DNA of 64,000 bases, taken from Candidatus Pacearchaeota archaeon. GTDB lineage: Archaea; Nanobdellota; Nanobdellia; UBA10117; JABICX01. The stretch is taken from NCBI GenBank assembly GCA_017608025.1, contig JAFCGM010000004.1:90744-154743 (forward strand), given 5' to 3'. The notes beneath the pieces were generated by a model, which saw only the letters and a list, made by a program, of their open reading frames with translations, was not told the DNA's origin and ran no database searches. Shown one piece after another: positions 28,763 through 39,023 of the stretch. Each line of letters opens with the position of its first letter. Within the stretch, counting starts at the first letter, position 1. The position numbers and the translations under genes were made by a program.

Positions 28763-29844
28763 AAATTCTCATAATAAACAACGGCTATCTCTCAGGAATT
28801 AGTGGAGGAGACAAGCACATAATCAATGTTGCAAAAAACTGGGCAATAAAAAATTCAGTTGAATTTATAATCCCTGCTTCCGCAAAAAAATACCTAACAA
28901 AAAATCTAAAATCAAAAACCTATTCTGCAAAAATTCCAAAATCGCTGTTTTCAATTCTTCTGGAATATTTTAAGCGTGTAATAAAAGCAGGAAAAATAAC
29001 AAAAAAATCTCCTGCAGACATAGTAATTGCCTCCTCTCCTTTTTTATACGATGTTTTTCCGGCACTTGCCCACAAAAAGAAATTCAATTCGAAACTTATT
29101 ATTTACTTCCATCATGTAATTGGAAACAGAAAAGCAAAAACTCTTCGCCAAAAAATCCAATTCAAAATCTCAAAAGCAATGCAAGAACTATCCTTAAAAC
29201 TTTGCAGAAAAGCTGACTTAATTTTCACAGACAACGAAAATGAGAAGAACAAACTAAAGAAACACAATCTAAAAAACATCCATCTTCACCCAGAAATAAT
29301 AAATAAAGCAATATTTTCTGCAAAACCTAAAAACAAATTCGACGCAATTTTCATAGGCCGTCTTGTAAAACAAAAAGGAATCTTTGATATAATTGAAGCA
29401 GCAAAAAGCCTTAACATTTCAGTTGGAATTATTGGAGATGGAGAGGAAAAAGAAAACCTAATCAAAAAAATAAAATCAGAAAACCTTAAAACTAAAATAA
29501 AAATTCTGGGATTTGTTTCTGAAAAGGAAAAATTTTCTCTGCTAAAAGGCTGCAAATTCCTTTTATTTCCAAGTTATGAAGAAGGTTATGGACTTGCAAT
29601 TGCAGAAGCAATTGTCGCAAAAAAGCCAGTTCTTGCATACAACTTACCTCATTACAAGAGCACGTTCAATAATTCAATAATTATAGCACCAATCGGAAAT
29701 ACAAAGGAGTTAAAAAAGAATATAAAAAACCTAATGTCAGGAAAAATTAAAACAAAAGAAATCCTAAAAAAATACAAAAAAATAAAAATCTACAATGAAA
29801 AAGAAGCAGCAGATTTCGAACTTGAAAAGATAAAAGAAAATTAA
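28759..29844 (+). CDS. GT-B fold glycosyltransferase (GT4). Start taken as MKILIINN (ATGA overlap with the upstream stop) rather than the ORF-track TTG at 28666.
   Basis: C-terminal EEGYGLAIAEAIVAKKPVLA motif. Confidence 0.65.
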   Translation: MKILIINNGYLSGISGGDKHIINVAKNWAIKNSVEFIIPASAKKYLTKNLKSKTYSAKIPKSLFSILLEYFKRVIKAGKITKKSPADIVIASSPFLYDVFPALAHKKKFNSKLIIYFHHVIGNRKAKTLRQKIQFKISKAMQELSLKLCRKADLIFTDNENEKNKLKKHNLKNIHLHPEIINKAIFSAKPKNKFDAIFIGRLVKQKGIFDIIEAAKSLNISVGIIGDGEEKENLIKKIKSENLKTKIKILGFVSEKEKFSLLKGCKFLLFPSYEEGYGLAIAEAIVAKKPVLAYNLPHYKSTFNNSIIIAPIGNTKELKKNIKNLMSGKIKTKEILKKYKKIKIYNEKEAADFELEKIKEN

Positions 29845-31370
29845 TTATTATACTCAAAAACATAAATAATTGGCTGCCCGTTTCTCTTATAAACTTTAAC
29901 AGGAATAAAAACGCCTTGTTCTTGCTTTTTCTGGAAATATTCAATCTGCCACTGAGATTTTTCTCTCAATTCATAAAAAGTCAAAACAACAAATTTCGGA
30001 TTGTATTTTGCAAGTGCTTCATCAAACTCTGTAGTATTTTGCAAATCATTAATAGTTATTGTTTTTCTTTCAGAATAATAAACATTCTGAGGTAATGCGG
30101 CATTAAAAATAATGTCTTCTGGATTAGAATTTTCTTTAATCCATAAACTTGAATCTCTTGTTTCAGAATAAGTATCTGTTTTTAAATTAATTAAATTGTT
30201 TGCTTCTTGCAATTGAAAAAATCCTGCAAAAATCAAAACTCCTGCAATAAAAATAAAGCCAATTATTTTGCCAGATTTCTCAGGAGAAATAAACTCTTTA
30301 ATTTTTCTATAAATAAAATCCAAACCATATGCAAAAAATAAAGCTAAAATTGGAAAAACAACAATTAAATATCTATTATCTTCTGATCCTACATAAACAA
30401 GATAAACAAAAATTAAAGAAAAAGACAACATCAAAAGACAAATAAATTTAATTTTACTATTTTTCTTTATTAAATCATATCCTATAAAAAGCGAGAAAAG
30501 AGCAAGCATTAAACCAAATATAAAAAATAAAAAAAAATATTGTGGAAAATAACTAAACAAAAAACCAATATTATTTTTAATTACATACAAATAAGAATCT
30601 GGTCCTGGCGCGCCAATTCCTCCTTGCCCAGATAAAGACTTAAACATGCCTTCAAAAAAAGTACCATAATACAAAAACAAAGAAAGAAAATATATTCCAA
30701 ACCCAAAAATTCCAATTCCTCCAGCAATCCAAAAATCCTTATTTTTAAAAACATTAAGTCCTCTTGTTATTAAAAAGTAAATTATAACTGAAACAATTAA
30801 AATACCTGCACTAAATTTTACTAAAAACGCTATAACAAGCAAAAATGAAAGAATCCAAAGAAATTTCCCATTATCTGTTTTTTCATACTTAACTAAAACA
30901 AAAATACACAAAAGCCAAGCAAAAACACTTGGAACTTCCATAAAAATTCTTGTAACTGAAAAAATCTCAAGCCAGAAAACAGACATCAAAGCAGAGGCAA
31001 TCAAAGCAATTCTTTTGTTAAACATCTCTTTTCCTAAAAAGTAAATCAAAACAACAGACCCCATTGAAACCAAAACATTCAAAAACCGAATAAAGTTCTC
31101 TCCCAAGCCAACCCTAAAAATGCCTGCATGAATCAAATTGTAAAAACTAAACCTTATTGAATCAATTGTATATGGAACACCATAAGCAATATGCTTTGCA
31201 ATCGCAACATAATCTGCCTCATCCCACCAAAGCGGTTGGTTCAGAGTCCTGAAAAAATAAAACAGGCGTACTGCAAACGCAAAAATTAATATTGCAAGAA
31301 AAACCTTATTGTAATTATCTGACCAAAATGCTTTTGCACTATCTTGCAATTTTTCCAAATTAATCTTCAT
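29841..31370 (-). CDS. GT-C fold membrane glycosyltransferase (ArnT/PMT/GT39/GT83-like).
   Basis: 509 aa with >10 TM helices. First-loop acidic motif PLWWDEADY typical of GT-C enzymes. Confidence 0.5.
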   Translation of the reverse strand: MKINLEKLQDSAKAFWSDNYNKVFLAILIFAFAVRLFYFFRTLNQPLWWDEADYVAIAKHIAYGVPYTIDSIRFSFYNLIHAGIFRVGLGENFIRFLNVLVSMGSVVLIYFLGKEMFNKRIALIASALMSVFWLEIFSVTRIFMEVPSVFAWLLCIFVLVKYEKTDNGKFLWILSFLLVIAFLVKFSAGILIVSVIIYFLITRGLNVFKNKDFWIAGGIGIFGFGIYFLSLFLYYGTFFEGMFKSLSGQGGIGAPGPDSYLYVIKNNIGFLFSYFPQYFFLFFIFGLMLALFSLFIGYDLIKKNSKIKFICLLMLSFSLIFVYLVYVGSEDNRYLIVVFPILALFFAYGLDFIYRKIKEFISPEKSGKIIGFIFIAGVLIFAGFFQLQEANNLINLKTDTYSETRDSSLWIKENSNPEDIIFNAALPQNVYYSERKTITINDLQNTTEFDEALAKYNPKFVVLTFYELREKSQWQIEYFQKKQEQGVFIPVKVYKRNGQPIIYVFEYNN

Positions 31371-31415
31371 ACCAAAACAAAGAACTTATTAATTTATAAG
31401 AATTTATCTATTAAT

Positions 31416-31988
31416 ATGAAATCTTCAAAAAAACTACATTTAGGATGTGGAATAGATATAAAAAAAGATTATATTAACGTTGACATTGTAAAAAACAAAG
31501 GAGTTGACAAAGTAATTGATTTAAATAAATATCCTTGGCCTTTCAAAGAAGACCAATTTAATGAAATAATTATTAATCATACATTAGAACACCTTGACGA
31601 TGTTATAAAAGCACTAAACGAAATGTGGAGAATAACAAAAAAAGGTGGAAAAATCGAAATTAGTGTCCCGTATTTCGCATCCGCACTCACATTCAGAGAC
31701 TTAACACACAAACATGTATTTACATATACTTCTTTTGACAATTGGGACATAAAGAATTTCAAAAAAGGAATTTACGTAACACATATGAATAAAAAAATGA
31801 GATTCAAAATCGAAAAACGAAGAATTAACTTTTTTGGGAAAAATAGAGGAATTATTAGCATAATCACTAACATTCTTACAATTATTCCTGATTTCCTAAT
31901 AAACCTCGCACCAAAAATCTATGAAAGATTTTTCTTTTTTTACTTTCCAGCTACAAGCATAGAATATATACTCGAAGTTGTAAAATAA
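31416..31988 (+). CDS. Class I SAM-dependent methyltransferase (Methyltransf_11-like).
   Basis: LHLGCG motif I and EHL motif. The ATG at 31416 is in-frame inside the ORF-track TTG-start ORF. Confidence 0.55.
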   Translation: MKSSKKLHLGCGIDIKKDYINVDIVKNKGVDKVIDLNKYPWPFKEDQFNEIIINHTLEHLDDVIKALNEMWRITKKGGKIEISVPYFASALTFRDLTHKHVFTYTSFDNWDIKNFKKGIYVTHMNKKMRFKIEKRRINFFGKNRGIISIITNILTIIPDFLINLAPKIYERFFFFYFPATSIEYILEVVK

Positions 31989-31989
31989 T

Positions 31990-32904
31990 TTACTTTGTGC
32001 TCTCAATCCTTTCCCAATTGTCTGTGTATTTCTTTCTTCGTATTTTTGTGTCATAAAAAACCAAAATCCAGATCAAAAGTCGAAATCCAAAAAGCAAAAA
32101 TGTCCAGAAAAGCTCTTTCAAATTCCTTACATATCTCAATGCTCTAAAGCTTCCATATTTAACTTCATTCCAAAATGACTTCATCCTCGGAACCCTTAAA
32201 ATATCAACATATCTTTCCAAAGTCTCGTGCGCCTTTGCAGTCCTCCTTCTTTGCTTTATCCAATCCCCAAGCGTCTCTGGATTTTTGACATAAACTTTAG
32301 CATTCGGAGCATAATCAATTTTCCATCCTTTTTCATAAAACAAATACGGAATTACTGAATCTTCTGCAACATCAAGCGGGATCTTATCCACAATTCCTTT
32401 CCTAAAACCAAACAAATACCCTGAACACTCTAAAAAACCTTTTTTTGCCTGCCTTCTTCTTTGCTCATGCGCACCAGCCTCAAAAAGCAGCCAGGACCAG
32501 TATCCTAACATCGTCTTTCTTGAATCCTGTGGAATCGGCCTTCCTGAAACAACACCTACATTTTTCTTTTGAAATTCTTTAATAAGCTCGTTAATTGCAT
32601 TCTTGCCTAAGTAAACATCTCCGTCAGTAAAAATCCAAAAATCTCCTTTAAGTTTTTTGAAAATCAAATTCAAAGCATAAGATTTTCCTTTGCCAGGGTC
32701 TTTGAAATACTTAACTTGATTATGCTTCTTCTCATATTTTTTAATTATATCTGAGGTTTCTTTATCTGGCGCAGCAACAATTAATTCATACTCATCTTTA
32801 ATTTTCTGATTAATAATAGACTTAATAGCCTTACCAATTGTTTTCGGCTCTTTAAAAGCAGTAATTACAATTGAAAGCTTAATTTTCTGAGACTTCATCT
32901 TCAA
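31990..32904 (-). CDS. Family 2 glycosyltransferase.
   Basis: LSIVITAFKEPKTI and FTDGD (DXD) motifs. Confidence 0.7.
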   Translation of the reverse strand: MKMKSQKIKLSIVITAFKEPKTIGKAIKSIINQKIKDEYELIVAAPDKETSDIIKKYEKKHNQVKYFKDPGKGKSYALNLIFKKLKGDFWIFTDGDVYLGKNAINELIKEFQKKNVGVVSGRPIPQDSRKTMLGYWSWLLFEAGAHEQRRRQAKKGFLECSGYLFGFRKGIVDKIPLDVAEDSVIPYLFYEKGWKIDYAPNAKVYVKNPETLGDWIKQRRRTAKAHETLERYVDILRVPRMKSFWNEVKYGSFRALRYVRNLKELFWTFLLFGFRLLIWILVFYDTKIRRKKYTDNWERIESTK

Positions 32905-33508
32905 TTATTTCTGCTAAGGTATGGTATATTAATAAATGTGCCTCTTGAATTCTTGGTGTTGAATTTGAAAGAACAACTATATTCAAATCAGTAAATTCTT
33001 TTAGTTTTCCTCCATCTCTTCCAAGCAAACCAATTATTTTAATTCCTTTTTCTTTTGCCAGTTTAGCAGCACTTAATAAATTTGCAGAATTTCCACTTGT
33101 AGATATCAAAAACAAAATATCTCCTTCTTTTCCAATAGCTTCAAGTTCTCTTGAAAACTGCTCATCATAATTTATGTCATTAGACCAAGCAGAAACAACT
33201 GCAGGATTTGTTCCAAGAGCAACTGCTGAAATCGCTTTTCTCTTCTTGTTGAAAAAAGAATTAACCAGTTCAGCAGTAAAATGTTGCGCATCTGCCATTG
33301 AACCGCCGTTTCCAGCAGTAATAATTTTATTACCTCTTTTAACACAGGAAATCATTTCTTCTGCAGCCTCACAAATATTTAACTTTGAATCAGAAATGAG
33401 ATTGATTACTTCCTTGTGTTCTTTCATATTTATTAAAAATTTTTCAATTATTTTCATTTTTTCCCCTCCAATAATCCAAAGAATCCTTGATTGTTTGGTC
33501 AATTCCAA
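32879..33508 (-). CDS. gmhA: Sedoheptulose-7-phosphate isomerase GmhA (SIS domain). Probable true start MKIIEKF (33457).
   Basis: ITAGNGGSMADAQHFTAEL and LISTSGNS SIS motifs. Confidence 0.75.
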   Translation of the reverse strand: MELTKQSRILWIIGGEKMKIIEKFLINMKEHKEVINLISDSKLNICEAAEEMISCVKRGNKIITAGNGGSMADAQHFTAELVNSFFNKKRKAISAVALGTNPAVVSAWSNDINYDEQFSRELEAIGKEGDILFLISTSGNSANLLSAAKLAKEKGIKIIGLLGRDGGKLKEFTDLNIVVLSNSTPRIQEAHLLIYHTLAEIIEDEVSEN

Positions 33509-34418
33509 TCTCTGGTTTCCATCCAGTTTCCTTAATAAGCTTTGAATTGTCTCCTAGAATTATTGGTTCATCACTAGGCCTTAATTTTTCCTTGTCCATC
33601 TCAACTTTGATTTCATTTTTTGAAATTGAAATCAGTTTGTCTAAAATATATTGAATTTTAATTGCCTTGCTTGAGCAGAAATTGTAAACCTCTCCATACT
33701 TCGCCTTTTCAGTTGCCAGCCAGAAACTACGAATCTGGTCGCGAACATCAGTTATATCTCTTTCTGCTTCTAAATTTCCAACTTTAATTACTGCCTCTTG
33801 CTCTCCAGCCTCAATCTTCGCAACTTGAGATGAAAAATCAGCAAGAGCATCTCCAACTTTTCTTGGCCCTGTTGTATTAAAAATTCTTGCAGCAATAGTT
33901 CTTATTCCAAAATTCTTGAAATACTGGTATGTCAAATTCTCCTGTGCAACTTTTGAAATCCCATATGGATGCAATGGCTTAAGAATATGTGTTTCCTTAA
34001 CTGGAACTTCTTCTGGAGTAACTAATCCATATTCAGCTGAAGAGCATGCAACAAAAACAATTGGATTTAATTTTAATTTCTTGACAGCTTCAAAAATATT
34101 TATTGTTCCATTAACATTAATATCTATTGTAAGCCTTGGCTTTTTCCAGGAAACTGTTGGATAAGACTGTGCAGCAAGATGAAAAATTTTGTCAGGCATT
34201 GCTTTTTTAATTGCTAAAAAAACATCCTCTTTTTTTCTGACATCGCACTCAATCATTTCCTCTGTCTTATCTGAATACTCTGAAATGTCAACTGTAGGAT
34301 TGTAATATGTTCCGTAAATTTTTACATCAGGATAATTTTCAGCAACAAATTCAATCAAATGGCTTCCAATAAATCCTCCTGCACCTGTAATCAAAACATT
34401 CATTCTCTTGCCCTCCAA
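33444..34418 (-). CDS. GDP-sugar 4,6-dehydratase (Gmd/DmhA-like SDR).
   Basis: GAGGFIGSHL Rossmann motif, YGISK catalytic YxxxK, Gmd-like FNTTGPRKVGD...GNLEAERD segment. Confidence 0.7.
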   Translation of the reverse strand: MEGKRMNVLITGAGGFIGSHLIEFVAENYPDVKIYGTYYNPTVDISEYSDKTEEMIECDVRKKEDVFLAIKKAMPDKIFHLAAQSYPTVSWKKPRLTIDINVNGTINIFEAVKKLKLNPIVFVACSSAEYGLVTPEEVPVKETHILKPLHPYGISKVAQENLTYQYFKNFGIRTIAARIFNTTGPRKVGDALADFSSQVAKIEAGEQEAVIKVGNLEAERDITDVRDQIRSFWLATEKAKYGEVYNFCSSKAIKIQYILDKLISISKNEIKVEMDKEKLRPSDEPIILGDNSKLIKETGWKPEIGIDQTIKDSLDYWRGKNENN

Positions 34419-35443
34419 GTGTAAATGCCCCTGTCTTCAAACCGAACAGGAAGTTTCGAAATTGTTGTTTCATAATCAATTGCAACTTTTTGTAATTCCT
34501 TTAGCAAAGTTAATTTCTGAATCGGCTCTTTAACAATGAAATACATAAATCCTCCTCCGCCAGCACCAGAAACCTTTCCGCCAATAGCACCATTTTTCTT
34601 TGCAGTATCATATATTTTATCTAAAAATTCATTTGTAACTCCATCAGAAACTTTTCTTTTCTCCTGCCAGGAAAGGTCAATATATCTAGCAAATTCATCA
34701 ATGTCTTCTTTCTCCAATGCCTCTTTCATCTTGTAAGCATACTCTTTTATTTTATGAAGACATTCCACATTTTGCTTTTTCTCCAAATTCTTCTTAAGCT
34801 CATCCTGAAGTTTTCCAGAAACCCGCACTTTTCCAGTAAAGCACAAAAGAATTCTTGCCTGTAACTCATTTTTAAAACTATTGGAAACTCTAAGAGGAGA
34901 GACATGAACACTTCCGTCTTTTCTATATTCAATCCAATTAAACCCTCCAAAAGAAGATGCAAACTGATCCTGATAACCTCCTTGAATTCCAAGCTCTTTT
35001 CTTTCAATTTCATAAGCAAGATTTGCAATATCATATTTTGTAGATGCTAAATTCAAAGGAGAAGCAATTCCTCTACCGGTTCCATCCCAAATTACGCCAA
35101 TCAAAGCCACATTAACAGCAGAAGAAGTTCCTAACCCAGAACCTGGCGGAGCTTCGCAATGAATGCAAAATTCTCCGCCAATAGGAACTTTTAGTTTTTT
35201 AAGAGTCGTTTCAATTAAATTCGTATTTTCATAAAGTGAAAGGTTTTCAATTTTCTTTTTAAGCTGAACATCTGGCGCATTAATTTTTGTAATGCTGTTA
35301 TTCTGCTTTTTCCATGTAGCATATGCATACACATTAATTGCAGCACTTAAAGTAACTCCGCCAAATTCTGTGCAATAAGGAACAACATCTGTTCCTCCTC
35401 CGCCAAAACCTAAACGAAGAGGTGCTCGACTTCTTATAATCAT
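34400..35443 (-). CDS. GHMP-family sugar kinase, D-glycero-D-manno-heptose-7-phosphate kinase (HddA)-like.
   Basis: RAPLRLGFGGGGTD N-terminus and PPGSGLGTSSA ATP-binding motif. Located next to gmhA. Confidence 0.7.
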   Translation of the reverse strand: MIIRSRAPLRLGFGGGGTDVVPYCTEFGGVTLSAAINVYAYATWKKQNNSITKINAPDVQLKKKIENLSLYENTNLIETTLKKLKVPIGGEFCIHCEAPPGSGLGTSSAVNVALIGVIWDGTGRGIASPLNLASTKYDIANLAYEIERKELGIQGGYQDQFASSFGGFNWIEYRKDGSVHVSPLRVSNSFKNELQARILLCFTGKVRVSGKLQDELKKNLEKKQNVECLHKIKEYAYKMKEALEKEDIDEFARYIDLSWQEKRKVSDGVTNEFLDKIYDTAKKNGAIGGKVSGAGGGGFMYFIVKEPIQKLTLLKELQKVAIDYETTISKLPVRFEDRGIYTWRARE

Positions 35444-35557
35444 GTTAAGTATGAAAAAGTAATACCTATTTAAAAAGATTGTTGTTTTTTGGCAGACGAA
35501 AAGCAGATACTTTTATAAAGTAATACTTTTTCATAATATCAATGAAAAATAAATTTA

Positions 35558-35674
35558 GTGTGGAGGTTCTTTTCTAAAGGTTTTCCGCCAGAAACGAACG
35601 TAGTTCGTGCCTATGAAATAGTGCTTTTTCTAAAAGAGCTGTTTGAGGTGAAGACCTTTTCCAAAGGGATTCAA
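35558..35674 (+). repeat. Repeat-family element covering the 5' leader of the next gene.
   Basis: Contains the ~53-nt core shared with 15403-15455 and an end gaggtgaagaccttttccaaagggattcaa. The ORF-track start at 35558 lies inside it. Confidence 0.6.
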
Positions 35675-36409
35675 ATGAAGAAAAAGATTGCAATTGCCCT
35701 AAGTGCTGAAATCCTTGATGAAGTGGATTTTATTTCAAAAAAAGAAAGTCTATCAAGAAGCCAGGAAATTGAAAAACTCATCTTAGAAGGACTGAAAAAA
35801 ACTGAAGTGAAAACTGCGGTATTGCTAATACACAAAAATAAAAAAGAAGTTTTATTCAAAAACAGCAACGAACTGCTAAAGAAGCAATATGAATTTCTTA
35901 AAAAAAACCGAATTCAAAATATAATATTCGTTTCTGAATTCAAAGAAAGTGAAAAGCGAAAAATAGAGCAAATTTTTCAAGAAATTAACTTAAAAATAAT
36001 ATCTGACAAATCAAATGGCACTGCTCAAGCTCTGAAAAAAGCAAATAAACACATCTTTTCAGATTTCATACTAATTAACGCAGACACGTACAATGAATTT
36101 GACTTAAAAAAAATGATTTCATTCCACAAAGAAACAAAAACAACAGCAACTCTTGGCCTTATAAACAGTGATTCTCCAGAAAAATATGGCTCAGTAATTC
36201 TAGATGGAACAAAAATAATAAAATTCAGTGAAAAAGCAAAACCTCTTTCAAATATAATCAGCGCAGGAATTTATATATTAAAGCCCAAAATCTTTGCAAG
36301 CATCAAAAATAAAAAATCTCTTGAAAAAGAAATCTTTCCAGAACTCGCTGAATCGCGAGAAATTCGCGGATTTTTTACTTTCGGCCAATACCAACATTTC
36401 GGAAACTAA
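35675..36409 (+). CDS. Sugar-phosphate nucleotidyltransferase (HddC/RmlA-fold) with an atypical N-terminus: an RHH-like segment replaces the canonical GGxGTRL loop.
   Basis: GTAQAL, LINADTY, YGSVILD and ISAGIYIL motifs of the NTP_transferase family. Start at ATG 35675 (MKKKIAIALSAEILDEVD...). Confidence 0.5.
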   Translation: MKKKIAIALSAEILDEVDFISKKESLSRSQEIEKLILEGLKKTEVKTAVLLIHKNKKEVLFKNSNELLKKQYEFLKKNRIQNIIFVSEFKESEKRKIEQIFQEINLKIISDKSNGTAQALKKANKHIFSDFILINADTYNEFDLKKMISFHKETKTTATLGLINSDSPEKYGSVILDGTKIIKFSEKAKPLSNIISAGIYILKPKIFASIKNKKSLEKEIFPELAESREIRGFFTFGQYQHFGN

Positions 36410-37886
36410 AAATTCTTTTTCTTATTTTATATAGAATTTCCAAATCTTTTTTTTCTAATGCCTTTGTAACATACAAAAGCAAAGCATAAATAACACAAAA
36501 CAAAACTCCAAGAAAAAGCAAAACAAAAACACTGCTCGCATTAGTCATTTCCTTTACAAAGTAAACAATTCCAAAAGGAACTAAAGCAGAAATAAAAATA
36601 AGCACATACCTAAAATTAAAAAAGCGAATTTTTGGAACAAACTTCTTAACAAAAATCAAAGACAAAATCATAATAATAAAATACGCAAACGAAGTTGAAA
36701 TTGCTCCGCCAACAATTCCGTATTTTTGAATCAAAAAGTAATTTAAGATTACATTAAAAAAAGTTGCAGTCATAGCAATAATTAAAACATACTTGCTTTT
36801 GCCAAGCATTTTAAGAATATTTAGGTTTGGAAAACTCATGTTGTACAAAAAAAATCCTGCTGCCAAAACTGAAAGAGAAATTGCTCCGCCAACATATTCA
36901 TTTCCAAACATTATGCTTAGAATTTGACTTGAAAACAAAACAAAAATCAAAGTCAATGGAAAAATAAACAGCAAAATCCATTTACTAACTACTTTGTAAA
37001 TCCCGGAAATAGACTTGTTCTTTGAAAATCTCTCTGTTATTAATGGAAAAAACATCGACATAAGCGCCATCGGAAAAAGATTAATCAACGCTGCTGTGGG
37101 AAGCGCAGCATTGTAAATTCCAGTAGCTTCAGAAGAAATAAAATGCCCAATCATCAAAACATCGATCTTTCCAATAATAATATTTAAAATTCCAAAAAGC
37201 AATAATGGAAATGAATAAGAAAAAATCCTACCAAAAAAATGAGTCTTTTTCTTGAAAATATTTGAATTTTTAAAAAGAAAATACATTAAAACTAAAGCTG
37301 AAACAAAAACAGACAACAAATAAGCAATTGCTGCCCCGAAAACACCATATGAAAAAAAGAAAACAAAAGCAATTGCAAAAACAAATTTTACTCCATGCCA
37401 AACAAACTCAGAAACAAATGAAGAAATTGGAGCTTTTTTCAATCCAAACAAACTCCTTGAAAAAACTTTCATCAAAACTAAAAACGGCAAAGATAAAACA
37501 ACAATCCTAAGAACAGGAATCAAAAGAGGTTCATTAAACAAAAAGGAAATCTGAGGTGAAAAAGAAAAAAGTACAACAGTGAAAATAATACTTAAGGAAA
37601 AAGAAATCAGTGCTGTATCAAAAATAACTCCTCTAATCCTCTCTTTGTTTTTCTTTCCATTATAATATGCAACAAATCGTTCTGCTCCTTCTTGAAGTCC
37701 TAAAAGAGAAAGCAAAAGTAAAAACTCCATAATCGCAAATGAAATTGACAAAACACCATACTCTCTTGTTCCAATCCTTGCTACAAAAAGAGTAAACAAA
37801 TATGAAAATAATTTACCAAAAACCAAGGAAACAAATACAAGCAAAGTTCCTTTTGCAATAAAGCTTGCGTCTTTTGAGCTGCTCAT
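36375..37886 (-). CDS. Polysaccharide/oligosaccharide flippase (MOP/Wzx-like).
   Basis: 503 aa, ~14 TM helices. Confidence 0.55.
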   Translation of the reverse strand: MSSSKDASFIAKGTLLVFVSLVFGKLFSYLFTLFVARIGTREYGVLSISFAIMEFLLLLSLLGLQEGAERFVAYYNGKKNKERIRGVIFDTALISFSLSIIFTVVLFSFSPQISFLFNEPLLIPVLRIVVLSLPFLVLMKVFSRSLFGLKKAPISSFVSEFVWHGVKFVFAIAFVFFFSYGVFGAAIAYLLSVFVSALVLMYFLFKNSNIFKKKTHFFGRIFSYSFPLLLFGILNIIIGKIDVLMIGHFISSEATGIYNAALPTAALINLFPMALMSMFFPLITERFSKNKSISGIYKVVSKWILLFIFPLTLIFVLFSSQILSIMFGNEYVGGAISLSVLAAGFFLYNMSFPNLNILKMLGKSKYVLIIAMTATFFNVILNYFLIQKYGIVGGAISTSFAYFIIMILSLIFVKKFVPKIRFFNFRYVLIFISALVPFGIVYFVKEMTNASSVFVLLFLGVLFCVIYALLLYVTKALEKKDLEILYKIRKRIFSFRNVGIGRK

Positions 37887-38015
37887 GAATTACTAAACCT
37901 TCTGAAATATAAAACATTAGTGGATACTGGACAACCAACTGAGAGCTTTTTATTTCAAAATATAGAACTTACCATATAAACCTTTAAATTCAAAATTTGG
38001 AAAAGTATAACAGAG

Positions 38016-39023
38016 TTGTTCAAAATGCTTAAAGTTCCAATAAATGAAATAATAGAAAAAATTTCAGAAGCCAGCGGCCTTTCTGACGCAGAAATAAAAA
38101 AGAAAATACAAGAAAAAATGAATTCCTTAGAAGGCCTTGTTTCAGAAGAAGGAGCAGCACACATAATTGCTCATGAACTTGGAATAGAACTTTTCAAAAC
38201 AAGCTATGAAAAGGAAGTTAAAATAAAAGAGCTTCCAATTGGATTAAGAAAATTCGAAATAGTTGGTGTAATAACTAATGTTTTTAATGTGAAGACTTTC
38301 AAAAAGCAAAATAAAACTGGAAAAGTTGCATCATTTATTCTAGAAGATGAAACAGCAAGAATAAGAGTAACTCTTTGGAATGAAGCTACAGATCTTGTTG
38401 AAACAGGAAAAATAGCAGAAGGAAAAACAATCAAAATAAAAAATGGACTAGTAAAAATAAACAAATACCAAGGACGTGAAAACAAGGAAATTCACACAAC
38501 ATCTGGAACGAAAATTGAGTTTGATGTTGAAGAAAAAATAGAAATTCATGACAGAACAAAAGCTCCTGCATATGAATTTAAAAATATAAATCAAACAAAA
38601 GCAGGAGATTTAGTTAAAATAAGAGGAACAGTTGTTTCTGTTTTCATGCCCAAACTTTATTTTGCTTGCCCTGAGTGTAACAAAAAAATAGAAGTTGAAA
38701 ATGAAAAAGGAATTTGCAAAGACCATGGTGATGTTAAGCCAAAGAAAACAGCTCTTTTCTCTTTTGTTGTTGATGATGGAACTGACAACATTCGTTGCGT
38801 GTCATTCCGTGAAACAGCAGAATCAATATTGAACATGTCACCAGAAGATATTGAAGTTGCTCAGGAAGAAAATATTAATCAAAGAATATTAGGAGATGAA
38901 GTGGAAATTGTCGGAAGAGTTAATGAAAACAAGCAGTCTGGAAAAAAAGAAATACTCCTCTCAGGAGTTAACAAAAATTTAAATCCAGTTCAAATTGCAA
39001 AAAGCATATTAGGTGATAATTAA
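38016..39023 (+). CDS. rpa: Replication protein A (ssDNA-binding) with an OB fold and a C4 zinc ribbon.
   Basis: RPA-like N-terminus (...[16 protein letters not shown]), OB domain, [21 protein letters not shown] zinc finger. Confidence 0.65.
   Translation: MFKMLKVPINEIIEKISEASGLSDAEIKKKIQEKMNSLEGLVSEEGAAHIIAHELGIELFKTSYEKEVKIKELPIGLRKFEIVGVITNVFNVKTFKKQNKTGKVASFILEDETARIRVTLWNEATDLVETGKIAEGKTIKIKNGLVKINKYQGRENKEIHTTSGTKIEFDVEEKIEIHDRTKAPAYEFKNINQTKAGDLVKIRGTVVSVFMPKLYFACPECNKKIEVENEKGICKDHGDVKPKKTALFSFVVDDGTDNIRCVSFRETAESILNMSPEDIEVAQEENINQRILGDEVEIVGRVNENKQSGKKEILLSGVNKNLNPVQIAKSILGDN

Noticed and set aside
35558-35674. N-terminal 39 aa of the ORF-track protein 35558..36409 (MWRFFSKGFPPETNVVRAYEIVLFLKELFEVKTFSKGIQ).
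   Set aside because: This segment is the translated repeat element, near-identical DNA to 15403-15455. The start was moved to the ATG at 35675.
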